DNA of 63,625 nucleotides, filler included, from Octopus bimaculoides (GCF_001194135.2; 6 parts of 6 records of this genome joined end to end with filler, not necessarily neighbours in it); one strand, 5' to 3'. Positions 22,351 through 35,712 are shown, counted from the first letter of the whole stretch. Program-made: numbers and translations. The notes: generated by a model from the letters alone, not told the origin.

Positions 22351-23444
22351 GTACAGTACTTTCTTATGATGACTTTCTTACTAATCATTTGTTCTAAACA
22401 CCCAAATTGATAAACTACATTACAATGAAATATGATATCTTTATTATCATATAAAGTAACTATGGTATAAAGCTTGATGCAGATTACAATCCAAATACAT
22501 AATACAATATATATGCGGCACAGATTAGCAATAAAGCTAAAATATTATTCGTTTCAACTTTAGGTCCAAAGCTCGAAGTTTTGGGGAAGTTGTCTCGTTG
22601 ACTGCACCAACGCCAATTCTCTGTAGAATCTGAAATTAGAGTGTAAAAACGGACGAAATGCTGCTACGTATTCTGTCCGGCGTGCTAAGTGTCAGCCCAC
22701 TTTAAGCCTAACATAATAATAGAAGCTTTTATACATACAACTGACCTTCACTATCGTTCTGATCATTTGATTCATCTGAAAAATATAGCATTACTTCGCC
22801 CTATCTCATGCCCCTGGGAACCCGAGAACAATAGATTGAGACAGAAACGAAAAACTGCTGCATACATCAATAATTAGTTGACCAACGTAGAAACTCCAAT
22901 TTTTACTTCTGCATGGGATAATGGTATTGGGTGATAATGGTTCTTTTAGCTGTTCTGTTAATTGTAATGGTAAAGCAGTGTAGTAATCGGGGAAGAAGTA
23001 GAAGTTACAGTATCTCAAAGGACATAATGTTATAAAGAATTATATCGAAATATTGGATTGAAAACCCCCGTTTGGATAGGAAAGGCCCAAGGTTGCCTGT
23101 TACAGGAGAATACTGAACACCCCCACGTGACTGGAGATGGACTAATCGATAGCTATTGATAGGAACAGTCAGCACATCGGACAAAATGCGTAGCAGCATT
23201 TCGTCCGTCTTTACACTCTAAGTTCAGATTCTTCAGAGAAATGGCATTGGTGCAGTCAACTAGACAAACTTCGAGCTGTGTGTCTAAAGTAGAAACGATA
23301 TTATTATTTTAGCTTTATTGCTAATCTGTAGCCTTAAAATTTTGAATTGTATCGTTCACAATTGAAATTCTATCGTCGCGGATTATCATCCTTTGTTGAA
23401 GGTCCTCCCTAGAGAAGTTCCCTGTTGTTGTTGATTGTTTGAAT

Positions 23445-23956
23445 TGTTATATTGTTCGCTTTTGTTTTCTTTTTGCTCCTCTAGTGGGGGGCAAAAAATT
23501 ACTGCAGACAACGAAGTACATGCGCGTGTCGGCAGCTACGCTGCAGTAGAGGGCAGGGAGAATATTGTCGAAACAGTAAAATAGACGGAAGTCAGAGAAG
23601 TGACTAAAGACTCGGAGGCAGCAAGGAGCAGCAGAAATTTGTTAAAAAAAGAAGGTACAAAATTGAAGCTGATGCCACCAGAGGAGGTGACAGGGAATAT
23701 TTCTTCATCATTGATTTTATTCATCCTCCATTCGTTCGTTTTGTGTTTTTGTCCCCACTCTGGTGTTCTGTCTGTCCTTGTGCTGTCCCGTCTGTGTCGT
23801 GGCCAGTGTGCCAAATAAAAGAGATAGTAGTCGACGGTGTTANNNNNNNNNNNNNNNNNNNNNNNNNNNNNNNNNAGTTTATTTTTAGAAAACCACAACC
23901 AACTATTTATTTGTGTAATACCAATTTACACCAGACGTTATACCCACGTCATAACA
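23445..23956 (+). mobile_element. Probable solo LTR (Gypsy or BEL/Pao type)
   Basis: Starts TGTTAT and ends ATAACA (perfect terminal inverted hexamer), about 510 bp, with internal AATAAA at ~23814. No clear target-site duplication. Confidence 0.5.
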
Positions 23957-24149
23957 TTGTCCATAAAACATTTTCTATCCAACAGACCTTTCAACCCAAT
24001 ATTTATGTGCTCCGAGAAACATTATTCCAAAACAGAATGATTTGATATACGAAGGTCTATGAGACTTTATAACTTCAGCATCATTCAAATGTAGTGGTAT
24101 TATTTTATTAATCAATTTCATTTCTTTTTCTTTCATTTTCTTCCATTAG

Positions 24150-24302
24150 ATATATAACAACCCACAGTCAGACTCACAAGTCAAGGATTGGTTTGATTTC
24201 ATTGCATTACCAAAGAGTTTATTAACATTTCTGAGAACCGAAGAACGGTCTAAAGTTTCAAGGATTTCGTTTTTATCCATTAAGGATGATAAGCTATATA
24301 GG
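24150..24302 (+). CDS. Adhesion GPCR gene 2, GAIN subdomain B exon (last exon visible before the scaffold join)
   Basis: Long polypyrimidine tract, ttccattag|IYNNPQSDSQVKDWFDFIALPKSLLTFLRTEERSKVSRISFLSIKDDKLYR|gtatgg. 153 nt, phase 0-0, carrying the I.LP.SL...RI.F....D.LY GAIN motif. Confidence 0.85.
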
Positions 24303-25856
24303 GTATGGAACCAAAACGGAATTTTGCCTTTCTCCAGCAGACCAAATGCTTGTATTCGTTGTTGCCTTTTTCATATTCATACTCATAAAACACAACTACA
24401 AATGGCTATGTATATGTACATATGTATATATGCATGAATGTGCGTGTGTGTATACAGTTTAGGATGTATCTACAAACTAAAAACAACCGTTGTTTTGAGT
24501 TTAGTCTCGGCAAAACCTCTCTTAAGAGACTCGTTCAGAAACGACAAAATAGAATTGTAATACATCATTGTTTTGCTCTGATTTAGTCAAAACAGACATT
24601 CTGAGTAAACTCAAAATCATTTTTTAATATGCAAATCAGCAAATATTACACTTGTTGATTAATGCAGAACACACGCACGCACACACACATATATGTATAT
24701 GCATACATATATATAAATATGCATACATATATATAAATATATATGTATACATATAAACACACACGTACAATCTCACACATATGTATATACGTACACACAC
24801 ACACACACACACACANNNNNNNNNNNNNNNNNNNNNNNNNNNNNNNNNNNNNNNNNNNNNNNNNNNNNNNNNNNNNNNNNNNNNNNNNNNNNNNNNNNNN
24901 NNNNNNNNNNNNNNNACGCACACACACATGGACTCTGCCTTTCAAAATATGTTATAAAAGGCAGAATCCAAAGCAAGAATTTTCGGTTATTTGTGCCAAT
25001 CACAATACAGGCCTAACAGTTCTCGATGGAACTGGACACGCACATTAAACAATTTTACCATATATATATGTATATATATATGGTAAAATATAGTGAGAAA
25101 GACAGAAGTAGAGTGTATATAAATGTGTATGTCTATGTGGGAGTTGAGGGNNNNNNNNNNNNNNNNNNNNNNNGAGATAGAAATGAGGCAGAGAGAAGTG
25201 AGAAGAGAGATGAGTAAGGGAGGAGAGAGAGTTATCCAAATCACAATCTGGCATTTTCACTCCATAAACTATTGCATCATCACAATAAATTTACCCAAAA
25301 ATATACGCTATTCACGAACACCAATCACCAACACATGAAACTGACTGGTGAACAATACCCAGTAACTTAGCACTTCTTATCACGTGTGTATGTGTGTGTA
25401 TGTGAGTGCGCGCAGGTCTGTATGTGTGTTTAATGAAAGCACATGTATGTGCGTGTGTGTGTGTGTGTGCACACGTATGTATATATGAGTGTCCATTTGA
25501 GTGTATGCGTGTGTGTGCCTATTATAGTCCACCAGCACAACCGAATAGTAATCGGTGTTGGTGTATTTACGCCTCCTCAGTAACCCAGTGGTTCGACAAA
25601 AGATACGCAAATTATAAGTTTAAAAGGGAAAATATGTACTGGGTTCGATTCATTCGACTAAAAATTCTTCAANNNNNNNNNNNNNNNNNNNNNNNNNNNN
25701 NNNNNNCGAGCGATAGATAAAAAATGATAAATTGTAATATGATGCGTCTGTTTACTTTTCGCTGCAAACATCAAGGTGAGCTGGAGCTCATTACATGTGG
25801 GAGCGAGTGTATATAATATTTACGGATGTAGAATGTGTGTAATAATAATATTATAA

Positions 25857-26414
25857 AAGGTCATCCTATAAGTTCTGTCCGATTTTACCTTTTTTTANNN
25901 NNNNNNNTTGAATGAAATTTAATAGTATTTTAACATGTCTAATGGAATTTAAAAGTTATTTTTATGCATTTGTGTACATTCAAACTAAATAGATTTTATT
26001 TACAGAATAATAGAATTAAAATTTCTTTGATTAAAGCCCTTTCTAACANNNNNNNNNNNNNNNNNNATTTAAGGCACATAATGCTTTATGAGTACAAAAA
26101 AGGAAACTCTGCTGCCAAAGCGACTCGAATCATACACTCAATTTATGGGAAAGAATGCTTGAATAAAATAACTTGCAGAAGATGGTTTGCAAAATTTATA
26201 AGTGGAGATTTCAGCTTTGAAGATGAAGATCAAACAGTACGTCCAGTTGAGTTTGATGATAAGCTCCTTGGGGCATTACTTGAAGAAANNNNNNNNNNTG
26301 CATTATCAGTTGACGAATTGGCAATAAAGCTTAGTTCAAACCATACAATTCTTCATTGTCATCTTCAGCGACATGGAAAGGTTCCTAAACTTTGAAAATG
26401 GGTGCCTCATGAAT
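25857..26414 (+). mobile_element. Mariner transposon 5' half, truncated by the scaffold join
   Basis: LRHIMLYEYKKGNSAAKATRIIHSIYGKECLNKITCRRWFAKFISGDFSFEDED...RPVEFDD..L.ALLEE...KVPKL*KWVPHE. Confidence 0.9.
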
Positions 26415-26514
26415 NNNNNNNNNNNNNNNNNNNNNNNNNNNNNNNNNNNNNNNNNNNNTTAATTAATTAANNNNNNNNNNNNNNNNNNNNNNNNNNNNNN
26501 NNNNNNNNNNNNNN
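26415..26514. other. Artificial scaffold spacer 1 (44N-TTAATTAATTAA-44N)
   Basis: Exactly 100 bp; the palindromic linker has stops in all six frames; identical structure occurs five times. Confidence 0.95.
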
Positions 26515-26574
26515 ATATATACGTATATATATATGTATATATATATGTATATATATATATATGTCGGACGTTTA

Positions 26575-26788
26575 CACGTTTTAGTCATTTTGATTGCAGC
26601 CATGCTGGAGCACCGCCTTAAAGGGTTTTAGTCAAAGAAATCGACCCACCCCCAGGACTTGTTCTTTCTAAGCTTAGTACATATTCTATCGATCTCTTTG
26701 CCGAACCGCTAGCTTAAGAGGACGTAAATACACCAACACCGGTTGTCAAGCGATGGTGGGGATGGGGGACAAACACAAACACATAAAT

Positions 26789-26821
<33 letters not shown>

Positions 26822-26975
26822 CACTCCGAGCTTCTTTCTGTCTACCAAAGCCACTCACAAGGCTTTGGTCTGGCTGAGACTATAGTAGAAGACACAGTGC
26901 CCAAGGTCCCACGCAGTGGGACTGAACCTACAACCATGTTGTTTGGAACTAAGCTTCTTACCACACAGCCACGCC
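26575..26975 (-). mobile_element. Composite SINE family B/C
   Basis: Reverse complement of head (ccacacagccacgcc, gcagtgggactgaacc) and tail (gcagccatgctggagcaccgcc, ggttgtcaagcgatggt) with (CA)n between. Confidence 0.85.
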
Positions 26976-27137
26976 TATTATTTTTTTTTTTTTTGTGTGC
27001 GTGTATATATATAATATGTATAAGTATGCACCCACAGCTACACACTGCCACACCCATATATATATCCATATGTATGTATATATATTATAACTATCTATAT
27101 GTATATACACGCATACATATATATATATATGTTTGTA

Positions 27138-28397
27138 CAGGGTGCGCGTTTACAGGGTGCGGTGAATAAATTATCGTATAAATTATGCAAAGAGGAAAAT
27201 AACACTATATACCTTTTTAACTGATATATATTTACCAAAATTACATAAAAATATCTTGAAATACTAAAGAGTAAATAAAATCGCCATTGGCTTCAACCAT
27301 ACTGGCTCCAGGCGACTTCAGAATCTCCTGCAACTATTCTGGACTGTCTCCTTCTTTAAGTTGGTGTCTGCTGCCGTAATCCTTGCCTTCAGTTCATTTT
27401 TGGTGTTACAAGGAATTTTGTAGGTCTCTCGCTCAACTGCGCCCCACACGTAATAATCAAGGGAGGTTACAGTCTGGGAGTTAGGTGACCAGATGTTAGG
27501 GGTGATGCGGTCGCAGAAATTGTCTGACAGCCATGACTGGGTTCTCCTGATTGTGTGGCATGGTGCAGTGTCCTGTTACCAGATATAGGATCTTCCGGTA
27601 GCCACCCTCTTTACCCAGAGCAGCACTTGATGTAGGCCCCTGTGTTGAGACTGAGGCCGTGTTGGAAGATGAGTAGAGGTATAACGTCACCATCACTAGT
27701 GATCACTCCAAACACCATGATGTTGACTGGATGTTTGATTTTTATCACTCTCGGGATATGTTTTGGGGACACGGCAAACCAACGGTTGTTCTGTGTGTTC
27801 ACCATCTGATCCTGGCAGAAATTTTTCTCGTCTGCGTAAAACCGAAGCATGTTCGGTTGGAGAGTACATAGTTAATTCAAAAGCTTCGTAGCGCAATCTC
27901 GCCTCTTGCCCTTGATGGCTTCAGATAAAAATTGACCCTTTCTCATCTTGTATGAGGAATACCGGATGTCTTCATGCACTACCAGCGTGATAAGAAACTC
28001 AAACCCTTCTATGTCCTTGGCGGTTGATCTCATTGAGGGATCGTTGTCAATCATGGCCTGGCTCTCACCAACAAATATCAGAACGACCAGAGTGAGCTTT
28101 CCGAGCTGCCGTACCTTCGTAATCACTATTAGACTCGTCCAACTACTTCCGAATCCTCTGCTTGACACCCAAACACTCTGAAATGTTAGTAGTAGAGCTT
28201 CCGGCGTGAATGCCAAGCAGTGCAAGCATGTCGTTTCCATATTTCTAGCAGAGTGAATTGCGTCATGGAGCTGCTTTTCTCATAGACGGTGCCCGACTGA
28301 CCCTATTATACTGTGTAGTCAACAAAATCAAAAACAAACAACGCGCACGCGTGAAATAAAAAATATAAAATAGCGACAATTTATCCATCACACCCTG
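27138..28397 (-). mobile_element. Tc1/mariner (maT-like) transposon, near full length (~1.26 kb), decayed
   Basis: TIRs cagggtgcggtgaataaattatcg / cagggtgtgatggataaattgtcg. Transposase remnants FYADEKNFCQDQMVNTQNNRWFAVSPKHIPRVIKIKHPVNIMVFGVITSDGDVIP. Left TIR start is duplicated (27138 and 27153). Confidence 0.9.
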
Positions 28398-28506
28398 TGT
28401 AAGTATATATATGTGTATATGTGTGTGTCTGTATACGCTTATATATACATATGTATACATATATATATATACATATATGTATATACACATATATATATAC
28501 ATATAC

Positions 28507-28564
<58 letters not shown>

Positions 28565-28777
28565 ATTTGTATATTGATAAGCATGAACATAAATATTTGC
28601 ATACAATCATACATATGTACATACAATCGCATATACCTGATGCATTTATGCCTACATATATACACACCGACAGACAGTGACAATACGTACGTACTCTCAT
28701 GCAAATACACACACACTCACACGCACACACTCACACGCACGCACGCACTCACGTGCACGCGTACACACACATACGCG

Positions 28778-28811
<34 letters not shown>

Positions 28812-28970
28812 GTCAAGGTCATGTATTCCCAGCAGCTAACCTTAAGTACAAAATCCACCCGAGTTATTTACTATCGAACACCCCGGGTGTCTCCGGGTAC
28901 AACTCACATAGCAAACAAGTCCGGTTGAAAACCGAGCCAATGTGTTTATAGTGAACCATAACAACGGGTG

Positions 28971-29003
<33 letters not shown>

Positions 29004-29023
29004 ATATATATATATATATTTAT

Positions 29024-29070
<47 letters not shown>

Positions 29071-29587
29071 CGCGTGAAGGTATGTATATGTTATGTATAT
29101 GTGTATATGTATGTTTGTATGTATATATGTGTGTATGTATGTATCTGTGTAAGGTTGGTTGTATGTATATATGTGTATGTCTATGTATGTATGTATGCGT
29201 ATATATATTTATCGAGAGAGAGAGAGACAGACAGACAGAAAGAGAGAGATAGCTATACATACATACAGACTGTGTTGGCCCGCGTAAGCGCACGTGCAGT
29301 TTGGCTTTTGATATTTTCAACTCAACAATAAACATGTAATTTCTTTATATAACAAATTATATGCACGCACATACACACTAAACCACACGCAAACGCATAT
29401 TTGTAGGCATGAATGTAGGTACTTGTGTGTATATATATACATATATATATATGTATATATATATGTATATATATATGTATATATATATGTATATATATAT
29501 GTTTATATATATGTATATATATATGTTTGTATATGTTCATATATATGTATATATATATGTTTATATATATGTATATATATATGTTTG

Positions 29588-29648
<61 letters not shown>

Positions 29649-29676
29649 TACACATATATGCATATAATTCACGCAC

Positions 29677-29776
29677 NNNNNNNNNNNNNNNNNNNNNNNN
29701 NNNNNNNNNNNNNNNNNNNNTTAATTAATTAANNNNNNNNNNNNNNNNNNNNNNNNNNNNNNNNNNNNNNNNNNNN
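29677..29776. other. Artificial scaffold spacer 2
   Basis: 44N + TTAATTAATTAA (29721-29732) + 44N. Confidence 0.95.
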
Positions 29777-29811
<35 letters not shown>

Positions 29812-30738
29812 CAAAAAATAATCACACAAGTTCCAAGGATGTAACAGCCTACTTCTAAAGGTAGAAACTCCAGGTGTAGGTGAAATGTTTTCGTATGATA
29901 TAGATAAATAAATAAAGGGAGTTAAACGCAGGTGTTATACAAATCATTTTACTTCCGACATATGTTTAAAAAAAAACATTGGTATTATTCCAGAAGGAAT
30001 AAAATGGTACAAAACAATGCGATCTCCTCATCAGGGAAAGAAAGAAAACAAGCATATCAATAAGATAGATAGATAGACAGGCAGCTAGATAGACAGACTG
30101 ATTGATTGATTGATCGAATGATTGAAATTCAGATCTATGCAACTGAACACCTTTCACATCACTCTATGAATGATTCTGGCTCAACAAATATCAGCACGAC
30201 TTGATTTTTGCCAGTTCATATCTCTTCGTTAAGATTCTTGAGATTGGTTCATCAGTTCCATTCGAAACTCTATTTTGGGTTCACAACTCATTCGTTGCCT
30301 GTGTCTTCCTTTTTAATTATTGATCGTTCTTTACTCCGTTGCCCAATGAACCAAACTTGAACGATCCGTGTTTGTTTTTGGACATTATCAATTCATGATT
30401 ACATAACTTGTCTCATTCAAAGACACTTGGTGAATCAAATATATTTTTTGTGCGATTTATACTAGGGCATGTTAACCCTTATTGTTGTCATTTTGACATT
30501 TTCTATGAGTATAATGGCATAATAAAAAGAAATAATATACTGTTTTCTTTCACATCTTACAAGAGAAAGTTCATTGAAGACAAATATAAAAAGTACACAA
30601 AGAATCATGAAAACGTTAATTCCCCAGTAAATAAAACATGTATACCTTGCTAAAGTGGTTGTTCATGCTATGTGAAAGATAAATATATATGATTACGCAC
30701 ACACACGCACATACACAAACACAAAGACACATACACAC

Positions 30739-30769
<31 letters not shown>

Positions 30770-30794
30770 NNNNNNNNNNNNNNNNNNNNNNNNN

Positions 30795-30829
<35 letters not shown>

Positions 30830-31149
30830 GATAAATAAATACATGTACATACACACGCAAACATAAATATACATATAAATATACATATACACGTATACAT
30901 ATAAACATATATACATATATGTGTGTGTCTGTATTGGTGTTTGTGTGTCTGTCTGTGTTAGAGTGTGTGAGTGTGTATATATGAGTGTGTGGGTGTGTTA
31001 CAAACCCACACATATCTACTTCTCTTACACTCCCGTCTTAGAAAGAACTTTTCTTCACCCATTTCCTTCCGGTCATTTCAAAATGTAATCATATGTGTGA
31101 ATCGTTGGCGATATTCTTCTTCCGTTTCCCTTTTATTTGACTTTCTTCT

Positions 31150-31185
31150 GTTTCCGAAGAAGAGCCTCTGCTCGAAACGTTAAGC
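31150..31185 (+). ncRNA. Minimal hammerhead motif in a Penelope-type pLTR, U4C variant
   Basis: GUUU-CCGAAGA-A-GAGC cucu GCUC-GAAAC-GUU-AAGC. Stem I GUUU/AAGC with one wobble; palindromic AACGUU at stem III. Confidence 0.65.
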
Positions 31186-31372
31186 CATCTTTCTTTCCCT
31201 GAGCGTCTGCTAATACATTTCATGTACCACTTCCACACGTTGTTGTGTTTTTCGTTTGATCTTTTGGCGATTTACTATATGTATATATACATGTGTTTTA
31301 TATTTATTTATTTTTTTAATTTATGTGTTTCAGCCAAGTGGCTGCGGTCATGCTGGTGCACCACCGTGGATT

Positions 31373-31409
<37 letters not shown>

Positions 31410-31544
31410 GGAAACACACACTAACAGATATCAACACATATATCCATATCGATATATCTGTACACTTACATATACATGCATACACACATACATACATACA
31501 TACATACACACACACATGGTGGTTGTCTACTCCTTAAACAGAGT

Positions 31545-31720
31545 TTGACCACCTCCTGCACCTACACCTTAGCCCTTTCATGGCGTCTGATGTGGCTTTT
31601 TAAACCAGACAGTGTTTTGAAAAAAACACCCACACAGATTGCACCTCTGATTTGCACTACCAATACCTGCAAGTAAGTTCTGCTCATTGTGGATCCTAAC
31701 ATGTCTTTTAAGACCCCCAC
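31545..31720 (-). mobile_element. RTE LINE 3' end with terminal zinc-finger remnant
   Basis: ...GAICVGVFFKTLSGLKSHIRRH, resembling the C-terminal C2H2 of RTE ORFs; no TGEKPY linkers. Confidence 0.5.
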
Positions 31721-31744
31721 ACACACATACATACATACATTATT

Positions 31745-31990
31745 ATTGGGAACCAGGAATATGTACCACACTGCCTAAATACCAATCTTGAGAAATTAGG
31801 CTTCTCAAAACAAGAAAGGAAAAAGCTGATTCGAAGACTACAGATACAACACATCATTAGAACTGTAAAAGTCTGTAAAACTTTCCAGAACATTATTATT
31901 TAAACATAAATATAAGCATGTCTAGATAAGCAACTATATGCATGACAAGACATAGACAAAACATACAAATCTGCACATATACATACACAC
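31745..31990 (+). mobile_element. 3' end of a non-LTR retrotransposon (also at 35975-36200 + and ~53160-53290 -)
   Basis: Shared sequence encoding THCQSTNLENLCFSKPERRKLFRRLKIQTITGTIKICKTLQKF* followed by a common 3' UTR; three copies in the window. Confidence 0.6.
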
Positions 31991-32077
31991 ATACTACATA
32001 TATACATACATACAACATATACATAAATACACACATACATATACACACATATATACGTATACATAGATATAAGCATG

Positions 32078-32133
<56 letters not shown>

Positions 32134-32322
32134 TGTTTGGGTTTCTACTTGCATGGCTGTGTGGGTAACAACCATGCTATGCAATCTATTGATGTTTGGT
32201 TTAAATTCTTCTTTATTGTACGTTAGGGAAGATTCTTTACAATATATCCTTGTGTTATCCACTGACCTCTCAAAGAATCCCGAAGCATATACACAAGACA
32301 AAACGTGCGAACGCACGAGCAA

Positions 32323-32357
<35 letters not shown>

Positions 32358-32475
32358 CATATATATATGAATATATACATATATACATATAAACATATGC
32401 TTGCACCAGACTTCTGTAACAGTTTTGGCAAGATTTTTACAGCCGGATGCCCTTTCTTACACCAACTGCTCAACA

Positions 32476-32539
<64 letters not shown>

Positions 32540-33147
32540 CCCAGCACATACAATTGGCCACTTAAAAGGTGATTGCACTAGCGGTGCCCCAGCATGGCCA
32601 CAACCTTAGGGTTGAAATATATCGAAGAATAAATGAAGACACACACACATATACATACATGCATACGTACATATATATTAATATATATACATATGCATAA
32701 ATGGAACTAATGTATGTATACACATATGTATGTATGTCTTTCAGTATATGTACAGACTCAAACGCATGTACATGCACGTGCATATATGTCTATATACGTA
32801 TATAAATATACATGTCCATCTATATATATGTCTACTATGTAAACACATACATAAAAACATTCATATAAATGTATATATGTATCTGTGTATCTATCTATGT
32901 ATCTATCTATCTATATATATATATGCGTGTGTGTGTGTGTGTGTGTGTATATTTGTATATATGTATACATATATATATATATATATATATATAATCCATG
33001 AGAGTTAGGGGTTGAGGATTCAACCCACAAAGGAATATTATCAACATTCTGCTGGGAGGGTACCCGATTATTATTACATTAGTGTTATACCAAGTGCAAT
33101 AAGTGGGTGCAGGTAAAAGGGCGTTATTTTACCCTAAATTTATATAG

Positions 33148-33370
33148 CAATGAGAAAAATGGAGGAGAATATGCGGTACCCATCGACTTGCAGACACTGA
33201 ATTCCGTTGATTAATATTTGAAAGCTTAATTGTTAATATTACATGGTATGTCATAAGTGTCTGTATATTGTGTTTTTTGTCAATTTAGTTATAAAATAAA
33301 CAGATTAATCCACGGAATACAGTGTCTTCAAGTCGATGGGTACCGCATATTCTCCTCCAGTTTCTCATTG
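33148..33370. mobile_element. Foldback MITE with ~67-bp terminal inverted repeats in TA-rich context
   Basis: caatgagaaaaatggaggagaatatgcggtacccatcgacttgcagacactgaattccgttgattaat (33148-33215) and its reverse complement (33304-33370), about five differences. Confidence 0.85.
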
Positions 33371-33435
<65 letters not shown>

Positions 33436-33442
33436 CACACAT

Positions 33443-33473
<31 letters not shown>

Positions 33474-33809
33474 NNNNNNNNNNNNNNNNNNNNNNNNNNN
33501 NNNNNNNNNNNNNNNNNNNNNNNNNNNNNNNNNNNNNNNNNNNNNNNNNNNNNNNNNNNNNNNNNNNNNNNNNNNNNNNNNNNNNNNNNNNNNNNNNNNN
33601 NNNNNNNNNNNNNNNNNNNNNNNNNNNNNNNNNNNNNNNNNNNNNNNNNNNNNNNNNNNNNNNNNNNNNNNNNNNNNNNNNNNNNNNNNNNNNNNNNNNN
33701 NNNNNNNNNNNNNNNNNNNNNNNNNNNNNNNNNNNNNNNNNNNNNNNNNNNNNNNNNNNNNNNNNNNNNNNNNNNNNNNNNNNNNNNNNNNNNNNNNNNN
33801 NNNNNNNNN

Positions 33810-33863
<54 letters not shown>

Positions 33864-35137
33864 GATAGATAGATAGATAGATAGTGATGTGTATAAATGT
33901 ATATATATATAGAGAGAGATAGAGAGATATGTATATATATGTATATATATATATATATATAGAAATATATGTATATATAGATATAGAAATATATACATAT
34001 ATATGTATATAAACATAAGGGATCAGCAAATATTTGCTTCACCATATACCGAAGTTCAGAAATAGCAGGACATATATAATAGTAGGACATATATATGTAT
34101 ATATATAAGCTCCTTACCAAACAGCCAGTCGTGCACCTATACGTACACATATACACATATGTATGTATACACACATCTGTATACGCACACACGCACAATA
34201 ACATATACACACATATACATACCCAACTATATACGTATCTTTACATATAAATACCTGTCCTTGTTGTAGATACATTAGTCAAGTTTCGCCTCAAACTTAA
34301 CCCTACACTTAAAAACATGTTCAACTTCATTTGATATCTTAAATTTAAATTGCAATTTGTCTGAAAAATCTATTTTTAGGGTATCTCAACTTCCGGCATT
34401 AATATGTCAGTAACTAATATTCCATCAAAATATATAAGCGAATTATCCACACACATCCGCATTGCCAAAACATACACACACACACACACACACAAGCCAA
34501 GTTTATATATGTATTCGGCTCTTATTTCAAATATATCAGTATGACTTTCTGAATATTAATTATGGAATATACTTTCTGACGTAAAAAAAAAAAAAAAATT
34601 CACTTGAATTGGCGCTCCTATGTTTATAAGTTTTGTAACAAGAAACTTTAATAGTGTCACTTCTTTCCCCAAAATAATTGTTTTTATTTCTATTTCTATC
34701 TACTTTTTTTCATGTCTGTATGTTGTTGGACATTTTCCTGCAGAGCTGTTGTCTGTTGTATGCCATGTTAAATGTATCAAAGAAAATTCACCGTCGGCTG
34801 AGTCAGACGAGGAGGAAACAACAGGACACAACAAGCAAACAAATGACACTTGAGTGTTGCTCTGCGAATTTGTGTTCGATTGTAGGCCCTAACATACACA
34901 CACATTCACACAATATGTGTGTGTGTGTGTGCATGTGTTTATGCATCTATGTATAGGCGCAAGTAAGGCTGTGTGATAAGAAGGTGGCTTCTCAATCTGC
35001 CTACAGATGGTTCCACACTGTATGGTACGTTGGGCAAGTGTCATCCAATAAGCCTGCGGCCAACCGGCGCCTCATGAAGGGATTTCGTAGACGGAAACTG
35101 AATAAAACCCGACGTGTGCGTGTGTGTTTGTGTGTGG

Positions 35138-35172
<35 letters not shown>

Positions 35173-35188
35173 CGTAAGCATATAGATA

Positions 35189-35353
35189 GGCGCAGGACTG
35201 GCTGTGTGGTAAGTAGGTTGCTTACCAACCAGATGGTTCCCGGTTCAGTCCCGCTGTGTGGCACCTTGGGCAAGTATCTTCTTCTATAGCCTCAGATCGA
35301 CCAAAGCCTTGTGAATGAATTTGGTAAACTGAAACTGAAAGAAGCTCGTCGTA
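35189..35353 (+). mobile_element. SINE family B head (a more diverged copy lies at ~34965-35100)
   Basis: ggcgcaggactggctgtgtggtaagtaggttgcttaccaaccagatggttcccggttcagtcccgctgtgtggcaccttgggcaagt. Confidence 0.85.
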
Positions 35354-35365
35354 TATGTATGTGTG

Positions 35366-35465
35366 NNNNNNNNNNNNNNNNNNNNNNNNNNNNNNNNNNN
35401 NNNNNNNNNTTAATTAATTAANNNNNNNNNNNNNNNNNNNNNNNNNNNNNNNNNNNNNNNNNNNN
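35366..35465. other. Artificial scaffold spacer 3
   Basis: 44N + TTAATTAATTAA (35410-35421) + 44N. Confidence 0.95.
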
Positions 35466-35498
<33 letters not shown>

Positions 35499-35712
35499 TC
35501 TGTATATACATACATGTATCAATATATATATACATATATCTGTGTGTATATATATATGTATATACACACATGTATCTGTATATATATGCATATATATACA
35601 TGTATACACACATATATCTGTATATATTTACATGTATCTATATATATATATACATATTATGATTGACCGTTGACTGAACACTATTCAATTTTTTTTCTCC
35701 TTGTCTCCGTAT

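Noticed and set aside
26459-26470. TTAATTAATTAA as a biological palindrome or homeodomain site
   Set aside because: Always centred in exactly 44+44 N's; an assembly linker.
30560-30653. RKFIEDKYKKY resembling an ArfGAP-end motif
   Set aside because: Short, AT-rich, no zinc-finger portion or partner exon; likely coincidence.
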